Assembly (NCBI GenBank): GCA_900545885.1
Contig: URAF01000002.1
Location: forward strand, 25,866 to 89,865
Length of the DNA stretch: 64,000 nt
Direction of reading: 5' to 3'
Origin: an uncultured Eubacteriales bacterium
Lineage (GTDB): Bacteria > Bacillota > Clostridia > Christensenellales > CAG-917
Position 1 is the stretch's first letter. Every line of letters begins with the position of its first letter. The notes beneath the pieces were generated by a model. The model did no database searches. It was not told the DNA's origin and saw only the letters and a list, made by a program, of their open reading frames with translations. Both the position numbers and the translations under genes were made by a program. Below, piece by piece: positions 53,063-61,899 of this stretch.

Positions 53063-56000
53063 TCAGCCGCTTGCGCGAAGCGCTTTCACGGGGTCTTTCT
53101 TCGCCGCAAGGATTGCGGGGACAAGTCCCGAAATCATCGTAAGACCTATGCTCAATGCAACCAGCAAAAGGGCATGCAGAGGATTGAGCACGGCAAAGTT
53201 GTCGGGTGCGTCCGCGGCAAGAGTGGAAATCCACGCGTTGATGGGGAAGTCGATTATCCACGCAAGGAATACGCCCAATACGCCCGATACCGTGCCTATG
53301 ATACCCGTTTCGGCGTTGAATACGTTGCTGACGTCGATTTTGCGGGCGCCGATAGAACGCAGTACGCCGATTTCCGTTGTGCGTTCGAGTACGGACACAT
53401 AAGTGATGATTGCTATCATTACGCTCGATACGACGAGCGATATCGCCGCAAACGCTATCAGTATGTACGACACGATGCCGACAACGCGCGTAAGCAGTTC
53501 GGATATTGTGCCCGCATAGTCGGTGTAGGTCACGGACATGGACGGGTTATCGTCGTTCCAAGCGTCGAGGTAGGCGCAGATTTTGTCCTTAGCCGTAAAA
53601 TCGGTGGGGTAGATGTAAACGCCTGTCGGCATGTTGCTGCCGCCGAGACTTTGCATTGCGTTTTCGTACGCGCTGTTGATAAGGGTTATGATTGCGTTGG
53701 CGTTAAGGTTCAACCCGTACTGCTGATTGATGTAAGATACGAGAAAGCGGAGCATGAGCTCGATCATTGCCGAAGACAATCCGAGTTCTTTCTGCAAAAG
53801 ACGCACAACGTCGTTAATGGTCTGGCAGGCGTCGAGTTTGTCGGGGTCGATATCTCCGATTCCCGGTATTTCGCCGCTTTGGATTGTGTCTTTAAGCATA
53901 TTGACCAACGTGTTTTCCGAGACACCGAAGGAAGAGAACAGTGAAACAATCGCGCTGAAATCGAGTTCGAACGTTTCGCCCGTAAGAACGTTGATTTCCT
54001 TGTTGGCTTCCTGTAACGCGACGATTTCGGACGTATGGGCGTTCGCAATGCAAAGTTCGGTAAGTTCCTGCGTATAGGCAACGCCGCTCGACAGCAGGGG
54101 AGCCAGAATGCCTTGCGTAATACGAAGCACGCCTACGATACGCACGGTGATGTTGTCTTCGGCGTCATAGTAGGACGCATAATCGGTGTTTACCGTGGCA
54201 GGATTGAACTTGTCGGGCTGTTCGTCGCCGTCGGTGTCGACGTAACCCGCCGTCGAAACGTCGTAGTAATTGTTGTTGGACGCAACCACCAATTCGCGAC
54301 CCAATATGTCGTTGAAATCGACGGGAAGATAGTTGTCGTTGTCGTCTTTTTGCAGACGCATTCCGAGAGTTTCGAGTATTTCGTAGTCTATTGTGTTATA
54401 GCTGCTTACGACAAGCACCGCCTGACGCGCTTTTTTGCCTTGGTCGTCGTAGGACGCATAATTTTCGTCGTATTTTTCAAGGACGGCGTTACCTTCGGCC
54501 GAACCTGGATAACCGCCCGCAATCACGTCATACTGCGATTGCATGAACTTGTCCCAAAGAAGTTCCTGCCACCCGAGCGGGTTGCTCATCGTGGACGAAT
54601 TGACTTTTTTGACGTTGCCGTTGTAGTCCTTGACCAGAACGGGCATTTTGTATCCGTAAGTGTATTTTATCGAGTTCAGTTCGTCGGGGAACAGGGTTTC
54701 GATTTTGTTTACGTAATCTATGTATTCTTCCGTAAGTACGTTTGCTCCGAAAGTTATGCCGTTGATAAATCCGTCGGGTTTATAGGGCGTGACGTAATCG
54801 CTGTCGGGGAAGGCTTCGCCGCCGTTGCTGCCGCCTTGTATTTGCATGTTCATGAGTTCGTCGACGTCGATGTCGAGCGCCAAGCTGTTGATTGTAAGCG
54901 GCATGCTGGAAAGAATGCTGCCTTCCATTTCGTCCATATAAAGATTGAACCCGTTGGACAAACTGAGAACGAGGGCTATGCCGATAATACCTATACTTCC
55001 CGCAAAAGCCGTAAGGAAAGTACGGGTGCGTTTAGTTATGAGGTTGCGTGCGGAAAGCGAAAGAGCGGTGAAGAAAGACATTGACGTGCGCTCTTTTTTC
55101 TTTTTGGGCTGACCGCTTCGTTTTTTGAGGGGTTCGGGATGCTCGGGAGAAAGCACGGCAACGAACTTTTCGTCGTGTGCCTCGCCTGACGACTCCGAAT
55201 TGTCGCCGTCGGGTTTCATCGTGGCTGCGACCGCTTTGTCGATTGCAAGCGCAAGCGTGTTTGCGTTTGCGTCTTTGGTTTCGCCTTCGACGTCCTCGGT
55301 TGTCGTAGTGATTTCTTCCGCGGCAGACTGTTTTTTGCCTTTTTTGGACTTCTTGGCGGGTGCTTTTTTAACGGGCACAGCAACTTCCTCGACAGGTTCG
55401 GGAAGTTCGGCACATTCTTTTATGTACTGTTCTATGGGCGACGGCTCGCCGTCGGAAATAGGCGCGACGGGCGAGAGTATGGTCGGAAGTCCGTCGTACG
55501 GGTTGCTGTCGGCAATGACTCCGCCGTCGGTAAGTTCGATAATACGGGTGGAATAGCGCTTCGCAAGTTCGGGGTTGTGCGTAACCATTATGACGAGCTT
55601 GTTGTCGGCGATTTCCTGCAACAGGTCCATGACCTGTTCCGAAGTCTTTGTGTCGAGAGCGCCCGTCGGTTCGTCGGCGAGTATGATTTCGGGGTTGTTG
55701 ACGATGGCGCGGGCAATAGCTACGCGCTGCATCTGACCGCCCGAAAGCTGGTTGGGTTTTTTCTTTATCTGACCGCCCAGTCCCACGCGTTCGAGAGCGT
55801 TGATTGCAAGCGCTTTTTTCTTCTTGTGGGGCACGCCCGATATGGTGAGCGCAAGTTCGACGTTCTGAAGAATGTTCAGGTGCGGAATGAGGTTGTAAGA
55901 CTGAAAAACAAAACCGATTGAACGGTTGCGGTAAGCGTCCCAGTCGCGGGATTTGAACTCTTTGGTGGATTTTTCGTTGATTATGAGGTCGCCGTCGGTG

Positions 56001-56170
56001 TATTTGTCGAGTCCGCCGATGATGTTGAGCATCGTGGTTTTGCCGCAGCCCGAAGGACCGAGAATGGACACAAACTCGCTTTTACGGAAATTCAGATTGA
56101 TGCCTTTGAGAGCATGTACGACGGAGTCCGCCATACGGTAATCTTTGACGATGTCGACCAGTTTTAACAT
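53063..56170 (-). CDS. Fused ABC transporter: N-terminal ATPase, a charged linker, then a FtsX/MacB-type permease with a large extracytoplasmic domain
   Basis: 1035 aa from the ATG at 56170. GPSGCGKTT, LSGGQMQRVAIARA and ILADEPTGALD mark the ATPase. A Lys/Glu/Thr-rich linker follows, then TM1, a ~570-aa loop and a C-terminal 3-TM FtsX-like block (TEIGVLRSIGARK). Confidence 0.85.
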   Translation of the reverse strand: MLKLVDIVKDYRMADSVVHALKGINLNFRKSEFVSILGPSGCGKTTMLNIIGGLDKYTDGDLIINEKSTKEFKSRDWDAYRNRSIGFVFQSYNLIPHLNILQNVELALTISGVPHKKKKALAINALERVGLGGQIKKKPNQLSGGQMQRVAIARAIVNNPEIILADEPTGALDTKTSEQVMDLLQEIADNKLVIMVTHNPELAKRYSTRIIELTDGGVIADSNPYDGLPTILSPVAPISDGEPSPIEQYIKECAELPEPVEEVAVPVKKAPAKKSKKGKKQSAAEEITTTTEDVEGETKDANANTLALAIDKAVAATMKPDGDNSESSGEAHDEKFVAVLSPEHPEPLKKRSGQPKKKKERTSMSFFTALSLSARNLITKRTRTFLTAFAGSIGIIGIALVLSLSNGFNLYMDEMEGSILSSMPLTINSLALDIDVDELMNMQIQGGSNGGEAFPDSDYVTPYKPDGFINGITFGANVLTEEYIDYVNKIETLFPDELNSIKYTYGYKMPVLVKDYNGNVKKVNSSTMSNPLGWQELLWDKFMQSQYDVIAGGYPGSAEGNAVLEKYDENYASYDDQGKKARQAVLVVSSYNTIDYEILETLGMRLQKDDNDNYLPVDFNDILGRELVVASNNNYYDVSTAGYVDTDGDEQPDKFNPATVNTDYASYYDAEDNITVRIVGVLRITQGILAPLLSSGVAYTQELTELCIANAHTSEIVALQEANKEINVLTGETFELDFSAIVSLFSSFGVSENTLVNMLKDTIQSGEIPGIGDIDPDKLDACQTINDVVRLLQKELGLSSAMIELMLRFLVSYINQQYGLNLNANAIITLINSAYENAMQSLGGSNMPTGVYIYPTDFTAKDKICAYLDAWNDDNPSMSVTYTDYAGTISELLTRVVGIVSYILIAFAAISLVVSSVMIAIITYVSVLERTTEIGVLRSIGARKIDVSNVFNAETGIIGTVSGVLGVFLAWIIDFPINAWISTLAADAPDNFAVLNPLHALLLVALSIGLTMISGLVPAILAAKKDPVKALRASG

Positions 56171-56287
56171 ACACACACCTTGACCGAAAGAGTCATGAAA
56201 CGGGACGGGAAGTCGTCGCAAAACCGTTCAAAAAGCATTTTTCGAGTCTTCCCCTGAACCCGAAATCATAATCGTAATTATTATACA

Positions 56288-56316
56288 ATTCAACATTATA
56301 TATGTCAATGTTGAAT
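56288..56316. promoter_or_regulatory. 10-bp perfect inverted repeat in the divergent ABC / tcdA control region (candidate operator)
   Basis: ATTCAACATT (56288-56297) and AATGTTGAAT (56307-56316) are separated by 9 nt. Confidence 0.4.
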
Positions 56317-56360
56317 GCCGTGACTATGTGAATTTAATTGACGAAAGATAGCAATCTGTA

Positions 56361-56389
56361 TTGAAAAAGAATTTCGGGTATGATAAAAT
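56361..56389 (+). promoter_or_regulatory. Candidate promoter of tcdA
   Basis: TTGAAA (56361-56366), a 17-nt spacer, then TAAAAT (56384-56389) with an extended -10 (TGaTAAAAT). Confidence 0.55.
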
Positions 56390-56470
56390 TTCGGTGCTGC
56401 GATTTCGTGCTCCCGAGCGGCGGCAAATTGGACACGTGACAGGGAAGGAACACACGGAAAAGGAGATGCA

Positions 56471-57175
56471 ATGAACCCCGAATATACAGTGAGAACAGCG
56501 GCTTTGATAGGCGAAGAAGGAGTGGAGAAACTGGCAAAATCCCGTGTTTTGGTATGCGGTCTCGGAGGCGTCGGTGGATACGTCGTCGAGGCGCTTGCCA
56601 GAGCAGGCGTCGGGACGCTGGGACTTCTCGATTTCGACACGGTAGCGCCCTCCAACATCAACCGTCAGATACTTGCAACAATCCAAAGCATAGGGCGCAA
56701 AAAAACGGAAGTCGCATCGGAGAGAGTGAAGAGCATCAACCCCGACTGCAACGTGAAAACTTACGATTTGATGTACCTTCCCGAAAGCGCAGACAAGGTG
56801 GATCTCGGCGAATACGATTACGTCGTGGACGCCGTTGACAACGTTACCGCTAAACTCGAACTGATAACCCGCGCAAAGGCGCAAAACGTCGCAATCGTGA
56901 GTTCAATGGGTACGGGTAACAAGTTAAACCCCTGTTTTGAGATTTGCGACATAAAAAAGACTTCCGTCTGTCCGCTTGCAAAAGTTATGCGGAAGGAACT
57001 CAAAGACCGCGGAATAGAGGGAGTGAAAGTGCTTTATTCCAAGGAGATTCCGCAAAAGAGCACGGCAAACGAAAACGGACGCGTGCCGTCAAGCATTTCT
57101 TACGTTCCCGCAGTTGCGGGGCTTATGCTTGCGGGCGAAGTCATACGCGACCTCGCAGGCGTCCGTGAAATATGA
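56471..57175 (+). CDS. tcdA: tRNA threonylcarbamoyladenosine dehydratase (ThiF/E1-like)
   Basis: 234 aa. VLVCGLGGVGGYVVEALARAGVGTLGLLDFDTVAPSNINRQ is a ThiF-type Rossmann motif, and the size fits TcdA/CsdL. Confidence 0.82.
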   Translation: MNPEYTVRTAALIGEEGVEKLAKSRVLVCGLGGVGGYVVEALARAGVGTLGLLDFDTVAPSNINRQILATIQSIGRKKTEVASERVKSINPDCNVKTYDLMYLPESADKVDLGEYDYVVDAVDNVTAKLELITRAKAQNVAIVSSMGTGNKLNPCFEICDIKKTSVCPLAKVMRKELKDRGIEGVKVLYSKEIPQKSTANENGRVPSSISYVPAVAGLMLAGEVIRDLAGVREI

Positions 57176-57203
57176 AATCGAAAAAAGTGCAGAGGTCGGA
57201 TTT

Positions 57204-57647
57204 TCAGCACTCGAATACGAAAGTGAGCGGTCCGTCCTGTTGCTGTTCGATGTACATGTGCGCACCGAAGATACCCGTTTTTACGGTAACGCCCTGGGCG
57301 CGTATTTTTTCTGTGGTGTAGTCGTAAAGGAACTTTGCGCGTTCGGGAAGTTCGGCGGCGCCGAAGTCGGGACGGTTGCCCGTGCCGCGGGTGAGTTTGC
57401 CCGCAAGCGAGAACTGCGACACAAAGAGAATTTCACCACCCACGTCGAGAATGCTTTTGTTCATTTTACCGTTTTCGTCGGCGAAAATGCGGAGTTTGAC
57501 GAGTTTCTGCGCGAAATAGTCCGCCTGTTCTTCGGTGTCGCCTTTTGCCACTGCGAAAAACACCGTGAGTCCAGACGGAATTTCACCGACGACTTTGCCG
57601 TCCACCGAAAGTTTGCTGCCGAAAGTTCTTTGAATTACCGCTCTCAT
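57204..57647 (-). CDS. dtd: D-aminoacyl-tRNA deacylase
   Basis: 147 aa from the ATG at 57647. MRAVIQR, ILFVSQFSL and NRPDF are Dtd motifs. The track ORF extends to 57749. Confidence 0.9.
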   Translation of the reverse strand: MRAVIQRTFGSKLSVDGKVVGEIPSGLTVFFAVAKGDTEEQADYFAQKLVKLRIFADENGKMNKSILDVGGEILFVSQFSLAGKLTRGTGNRPDFGAAELPERAKFLYDYTTEKIRAQGVTVKTGIFGAHMYIEQQQDGPLTFVFEC

Positions 57648-57763
57648 ATGTTTGCGTTCCCGTGTTTTGTTTTGCGAAAATTTATTTTGAATTTGATTTA
57701 TTTCTTTGAGTTCGTGCCGTGAGTTTGCGACGATTTTGCCGTTCGTCAAATCTTGTCGTCGTT

Positions 57764-58960
57764 TTATTCGGTTGCGGGCAAATCGCCATTTGCGCCGACT
57801 TCCTTTTCATACTGTTTTTTTCGGGGCGGGGGCGCGCCGAGAAATGCGTACAGATTGCATTCGAGTTCCGAGTTGTAGAGCTTGCGGGTTTTGTCCGCAC
57901 GTCTGCCGAAGTACTTTTCGAACGCGCGGTAAGATGTGATTACGTACGCGCTCCATTCGTCCAACCGCCCGAAAACTTTTCCGAAGTCGCGATAAAGTTC
58001 TTTGAGCTCGTCTTCTTTCATCAGCCTTTCGCCGTAGGGCGGGTTGGTGACGATTACGCCGTGAGCGTATCTTGACGACAGGTTGCGCATATCCGCCGTC
58101 TGTATGTGCACAAGGTCCGCAACGCCCGCGCGCTTTGCGTGATTGAGCGCGAGTTTGACTGCGGCGGGATTGACGTCAAATCCCTGAATGCGGAGTTTAA
58201 CCGAACGGTTTATGCGTTCTTCCGCCTCTTTCTGCACAAAGTCGCGGACAACGGGTGCGTTCAAAAAGTTCTCGAAAGCAAAGTTTCTGTTCATTCCGGG
58301 GGCTGTGTCGGTGGCAATCAGGGCGGCTTCAACAGGGAAGGTTCCCGAACCGCAGAAAGGGTCTATGAAGGCTCTGTCGCGGTTCCACACCGACAGCAGT
58401 ATAATGCCTGCCGCGAGTGTTTCGCGTATGGGTGCGTCACCGACAAACACGCGGTATCCGCGCTTGTGAAGTCCTGCGCCCGACGTGTCCAGCGCAAGGG
58501 TGGCGCGGTCGTCGATTATGCAGGTTTCGATTTCGTAAACGGCTCCCGTTTCGGCAAGGCGGTTTACGCCGTATGCGGTGCACAGCCTGTCCGCGATTGC
58601 TTTTTTGACTATGCTTTGAATGTCGCTCAAAGAAAACAACTTGCTTTTCTGGCTTTTTGCGGTGACGACGATTTTCGCGTCGGCGGGCAGAATTTCGCGC
58701 CAGTCGACGGAATGCACGTTTTCGAACAGTTCGTCGAAAGTCCGCGCGTCGAAAGAATCAAGAACGATACGGACGCGTCCCGCCGTGCGAAGAAAGACGT
58801 TTGCACGCGCGACGTCGGACATGTTTCCTTCAAAAGGTATTCTGCCGTATTCCGCGCCGCGGGGAGCGTATCCCAGCGAAATGAGTTCGCATTTGAGTAC
58901 GGCTTCCAGCCCGCTTGCTGCCGCGGCTTGTATTGTAAATCGTCCGTCGAAAAAGCTCAT
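57764..58960 (-). CDS. THUMP-domain class I SAM-dependent RNA methyltransferase (RlmL/YpsC-like)
   Basis: 398 aa. An N-terminal THUMP-like region, DPFCGSGT (SAM motif I) and TNPPYGERL (motif IV). Confidence 0.8.
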   Translation of the reverse strand: MSFFDGRFTIQAAAASGLEAVLKCELISLGYAPRGAEYGRIPFEGNMSDVARANVFLRTAGRVRIVLDSFDARTFDELFENVHSVDWREILPADAKIVVTAKSQKSKLFSLSDIQSIVKKAIADRLCTAYGVNRLAETGAVYEIETCIIDDRATLALDTSGAGLHKRGYRVFVGDAPIRETLAAGIILLSVWNRDRAFIDPFCGSGTFPVEAALIATDTAPGMNRNFAFENFLNAPVVRDFVQKEAEERINRSVKLRIQGFDVNPAAVKLALNHAKRAGVADLVHIQTADMRNLSSRYAHGVIVTNPPYGERLMKEDELKELYRDFGKVFGRLDEWSAYVITSYRAFEKYFGRRADKTRKLYNSELECNLYAFLGAPPPRKKQYEKEVGANGDLPATE

Positions 58961-59159
58961 ATCGGCATTTTACTCTGCGCGCGCGACTATGTCAACCGAA
59001 GCGGCGGTCGCAAAGTAACCCTTCCGTATGCAGTCGATTGACTAAAACGCCTTTGTCGGGTAAAATATACAAAAACGGCGCGGCACGAAAGTGTGCCGAC
59101 GCGGGCGCGGTATGGGAATATATTGCGACTGCAACGCCGAATAGTTACAAGGAAAATAT

Positions 59160-59711
59160 ATGGATTTCATCGAACTGTGCAAACAAAGAGAAAGTTGCCG
59201 CTCCTACACCGACGAGCAGGTCAGTGACGAAGCGTTGCGTACCATAGTCGAAGCGGGAAGACTGGCGCCTTCCGCGTGCAACTCCCAACCCTGGAAGTTT
59301 TACGTCGTAAACGGCGACGAACACGCCGCAACGGTAAGACGCGGCGTTCAGATTATGGGCAACAACAAGTTTACGGACAAAGCCCCCGCGTTTATAGTCG
59401 TGACGGGCGAAAAACCCAATTATCCCGAACGCGTTGGACAGGTCATTTTCGGTCGCGATTTTTCGTCCATCGACATCGGCATAGCCGTTGCGAATATGAC
59501 TTTGTGCGCAACTTCTCTGGGGCTCGGAACCTGCATTCTCGGAATGTTCACCGAAAAGACAATCAAAGAGGGTATCGGGCTTTCCAAGAAAGACAAAACG
59601 TTCGTTCAGCTCGTCATATCCGTCGGGCACCCCGTGAAGAAAGAGCCCAGAAACAAGAACAGAAAGGCGTTTGACGACGTTGCCGTGTTCGTGGGAAAGG
59701 ACCAACAATGA
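59160..59711 (+). CDS. Nitroreductase-family protein
   Basis: 183 aa. RESCRSYTDEQVSDEALRTIVEAGRLAPSACNSQPWKF is the nitroreductase N-terminal signature. Confidence 0.82.
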   Translation: MDFIELCKQRESCRSYTDEQVSDEALRTIVEAGRLAPSACNSQPWKFYVVNGDEHAATVRRGVQIMGNNKFTDKAPAFIVVTGEKPNYPERVGQVIFGRDFSSIDIGIAVANMTLCATSLGLGTCILGMFTEKTIKEGIGLSKKDKTFVQLVISVGHPVKKEPRNKNRKAFDDVAVFVGKDQQ

Positions 59712-60232
59712 AAAACGTTTCCCGTAAACCTTTTTATTCCGCGGACGGAAAGGTCGGCGCAGACGACAGAATAGGCGTTATGTTTGTGTGTCTGGGCAAC
59801 ATTTGCCGTTCGCCTATGGCAGAGTTCGTTTTTGCCGACGAAGTCAAAAAGAGCGGGTTAGAACACAGATTTTGCATAGCGTCTGCGGCAACCAGCTACG
59901 AGGAAGAGGGCAGCCCCGTACACAGGGGAACCCTTGCAAAACTCCGTGCCGAAGGCGTGCCCGTTTATCCGCATTACGCAACCGTGCTTTCCCGTTCCGA
60001 CGCGGGTAAATACGACTTTTTCATAGGAATGGAAGAGCGCAACGTAAATTCAATGCGTCGTATACTCGGTTCGGAAGCCGACGGCAAAATTTACAGAATG
60101 CTTGATTTTTCCGACAATCCGCGCAATATCGCCGACCCGTGGTATACGGGCAATTTCGACGTCACGTACGACGACATAAAGGAAGGCTGCGCGGCATTTC
60201 TTGCCTATCTCGAAAGGACGGGACGCATATGA
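59708..60232 (+). CDS. Low-molecular-weight protein-tyrosine phosphatase
   Basis: 174 aa. VMFVCLGNICRSPMAE contains the CX5R(S/T) P-loop, and DPWY contains the catalytic Asp. Its ATGA start overlaps the upstream gene. Confidence 0.9.
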   Translation: MKNVSRKPFYSADGKVGADDRIGVMFVCLGNICRSPMAEFVFADEVKKSGLEHRFCIASAATSYEEEGSPVHRGTLAKLRAEGVPVYPHYATVLSRSDAGKYDFFIGMEERNVNSMRRILGSEADGKIYRMLDFSDNPRNIADPWYTGNFDVTYDDIKEGCAAFLAYLERTGRI

Positions 60233-60678
60233 GAACATCGGGTAACAAAGTCGCAAACATCGTTATATCCGTTTTCAGTCTGCTTGTCGGACTTGCTTTG
60301 CTCGGCGGCGGGATTTATATGACGTCGCAAAACATCGACAGAGTGAGTGGCGGACTTATGATAGGCATAGGCATTCTGCTTTGCATTATGTTCGGATTTG
60401 CGGCGTATCTGATTGTACGTTTCGACAAACTGCGCGAAGAGGCGGAAGCGCGCGCCGAAAAGGACAAAGCCGAAGTTTACGCTTTTATCGAAGCCAAAAA
60501 GAGGGAAGCCGAACTTCTGCGCAGAGGAAAGAATGCGGAAAAGGCGCAGACTGACAAAATGCACTCGGAGAATTCCGAAAAAGCAGACTACGAAAACGCA
60601 GACGGCAAAAATGAATGCGAAAATTCCGACGATACCGAATCGGACGTGATTTCGGACGGTGACAAGGACGTTTTGTGA
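60229..60678 (+). CDS. Hypothetical membrane protein (2 TM helices plus a charged coiled-coil/acidic tail)
   Basis: 149 aa from an ATG that overlaps the PTP stop. It has two hydrophobic helices followed by KLREEAEARAEKDKAEVYAFIEAKKREAELLRRGK. Confidence 0.5.
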   Translation: MRTSGNKVANIVISVFSLLVGLALLGGGIYMTSQNIDRVSGGLMIGIGILLCIMFGFAAYLIVRFDKLREEAEARAEKDKAEVYAFIEAKKREAELLRRGKNAEKAQTDKMHSENSEKADYENADGKNECENSDDTESDVISDGDKDVL

Positions 60679-60696
60679 TTGAGGAGCAAAGCTGCA

Positions 60697-61374
60697 ATGA
60701 CCACAACCGTACTTGAACGATTCAAATCGCTTGCCGACGAAGGGTACAAGGCTTTTCAGACTAAACTGATACCCAACATTTCCGCAGACACGATACTCGG
60801 AGTCCGTTTGCCGGCAATACGTGCGGTTGCAAAGGAAATGAGCGCAGACGAAAAAGAGAAGTTTGTCGGCGACTTGCCGCACCGCTATCTTGAAGAAAAT
60901 CTGCTTCACGCTGCGATAATCGACAAAGAAAAAAGTTTTGACAAAGCGGTTGAGATGACGGAAGAGTTTTTGCCTTATGTCGACAACTGGGCGGTGAGCG
61001 ATATGTTTTCTCCCGCTTGTTTTGCAAAGCACCTCGACGAGCTTTACGAAATCGCTTGCAAATGGACGCAGTCGGACAGACTTTACACGGTCAGATACGG
61101 GATTTTGTGTTTCAAACGCTACTTTTTAGGCGAAGCATTCAGACCCGAAACGCTTGAAATCGTAAGCCGTATTCACGGCGAATATTATCTCAATATGGCT
61201 GCGGCGTGGTTTTTTGCGGAAGCCGTGACAAAGAATCCCGAATTTGCAATTCCGTATTTCGAACAGGGAAAACTCGACGCGGACGTTATGAAAAAGGCCG
61301 TCAGAAAATCGCTTGACAGCTTCCGCGTTCCCCAAGACACAAAAGAATATCTCAAATCGCTTTTGCGAAAATAG
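60697..61374 (+). CDS. DNA alkylation repair enzyme-like HEAT-repeat protein (AlkC/AlkD family)
   Basis: 225 aa. GVRLPAIRAVAKEM and YVDNWAVSDMF resemble the AlkD-family repeat signatures. GAGGAG lies 10 nt upstream of ATG 60697. Confidence 0.68.
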   Translation: MTTTVLERFKSLADEGYKAFQTKLIPNISADTILGVRLPAIRAVAKEMSADEKEKFVGDLPHRYLEENLLHAAIIDKEKSFDKAVEMTEEFLPYVDNWAVSDMFSPACFAKHLDELYEIACKWTQSDRLYTVRYGILCFKRYFLGEAFRPETLEIVSRIHGEYYLNMAAAWFFAEAVTKNPEFAIPYFEQGKLDADVMKKAVRKSLDSFRVPQDTKEYLKSLLRK

Positions 61375-61565
61375 TCAACGAACGCTGATTTGCGCTTTTA
61401 GTGTTTTGCGACGTTTTGATTTTCCGCTTTGGTTCAAGTTCTCACGCGTTTTTGTCAATGCGCACGAGTGCGCAAGTATTTTTAATGAGTGAGTAGTTTC
61501 GCGAGTAGTTGGGCATTGTTTTTCATTCTGTGTTTTGTGTTTTTTTGCTTTTCGCGCGCATACGG

Positions 61566-61594
61566 TTGACTGCGCGCGCCGTACGTGATAAATT
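61566..61594 (+). promoter_or_regulatory. Candidate feoAB promoter
   Basis: TTGACT (61566-61571), a 17-nt spacer, then TAAATT (61589-61594) with an extended -10 (TGaTAAATT). A small inverted repeat, GTTAGC-N4-GCTAAC, follows at 61609-61624. Confidence 0.5.
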
Positions 61595-61659
61595 GTTTAC
61601 GGTCAGTGGTTAGCAATGGCTAACTCGTTTATGCGGGCTATCCGCAGGGCGGAGGATAT

Positions 61660-61899
61660 ATGACTCTTGACGAACTCAAAGTCGGCGAAAAAGCAAAGAT
61701 ATTGAAGGTCGGCGGAGAAGGCGCGTTGCGCTTCCGTCTGCTGGATATGGGGCTTATTCCGCGTACGGAAGTTTTCCTGCGCGGCGTTGCGCCTATGGGC
61801 GACCCTCTCGAAATCAATCTGCGCGGCTACGAACTCACGTTGCGTAAAGCCGACGCAAGCAACATCGAAGTGGAAAAGATTTCCGAGGTGTTTAGATGA
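61660..61899 (+). CDS. feoA: Ferrous iron transport protein A
   Basis: 79 aa. LDELKVGEKAKILKVGGEGALRFRLLDMGLIPRTEV is a FeoA SH3-like domain. SD is GGAGG. Confidence 0.87.
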   Translation: MTLDELKVGEKAKILKVGGEGALRFRLLDMGLIPRTEVFLRGVAPMGDPLEINLRGYELTLRKADASNIEVEKISEVFR

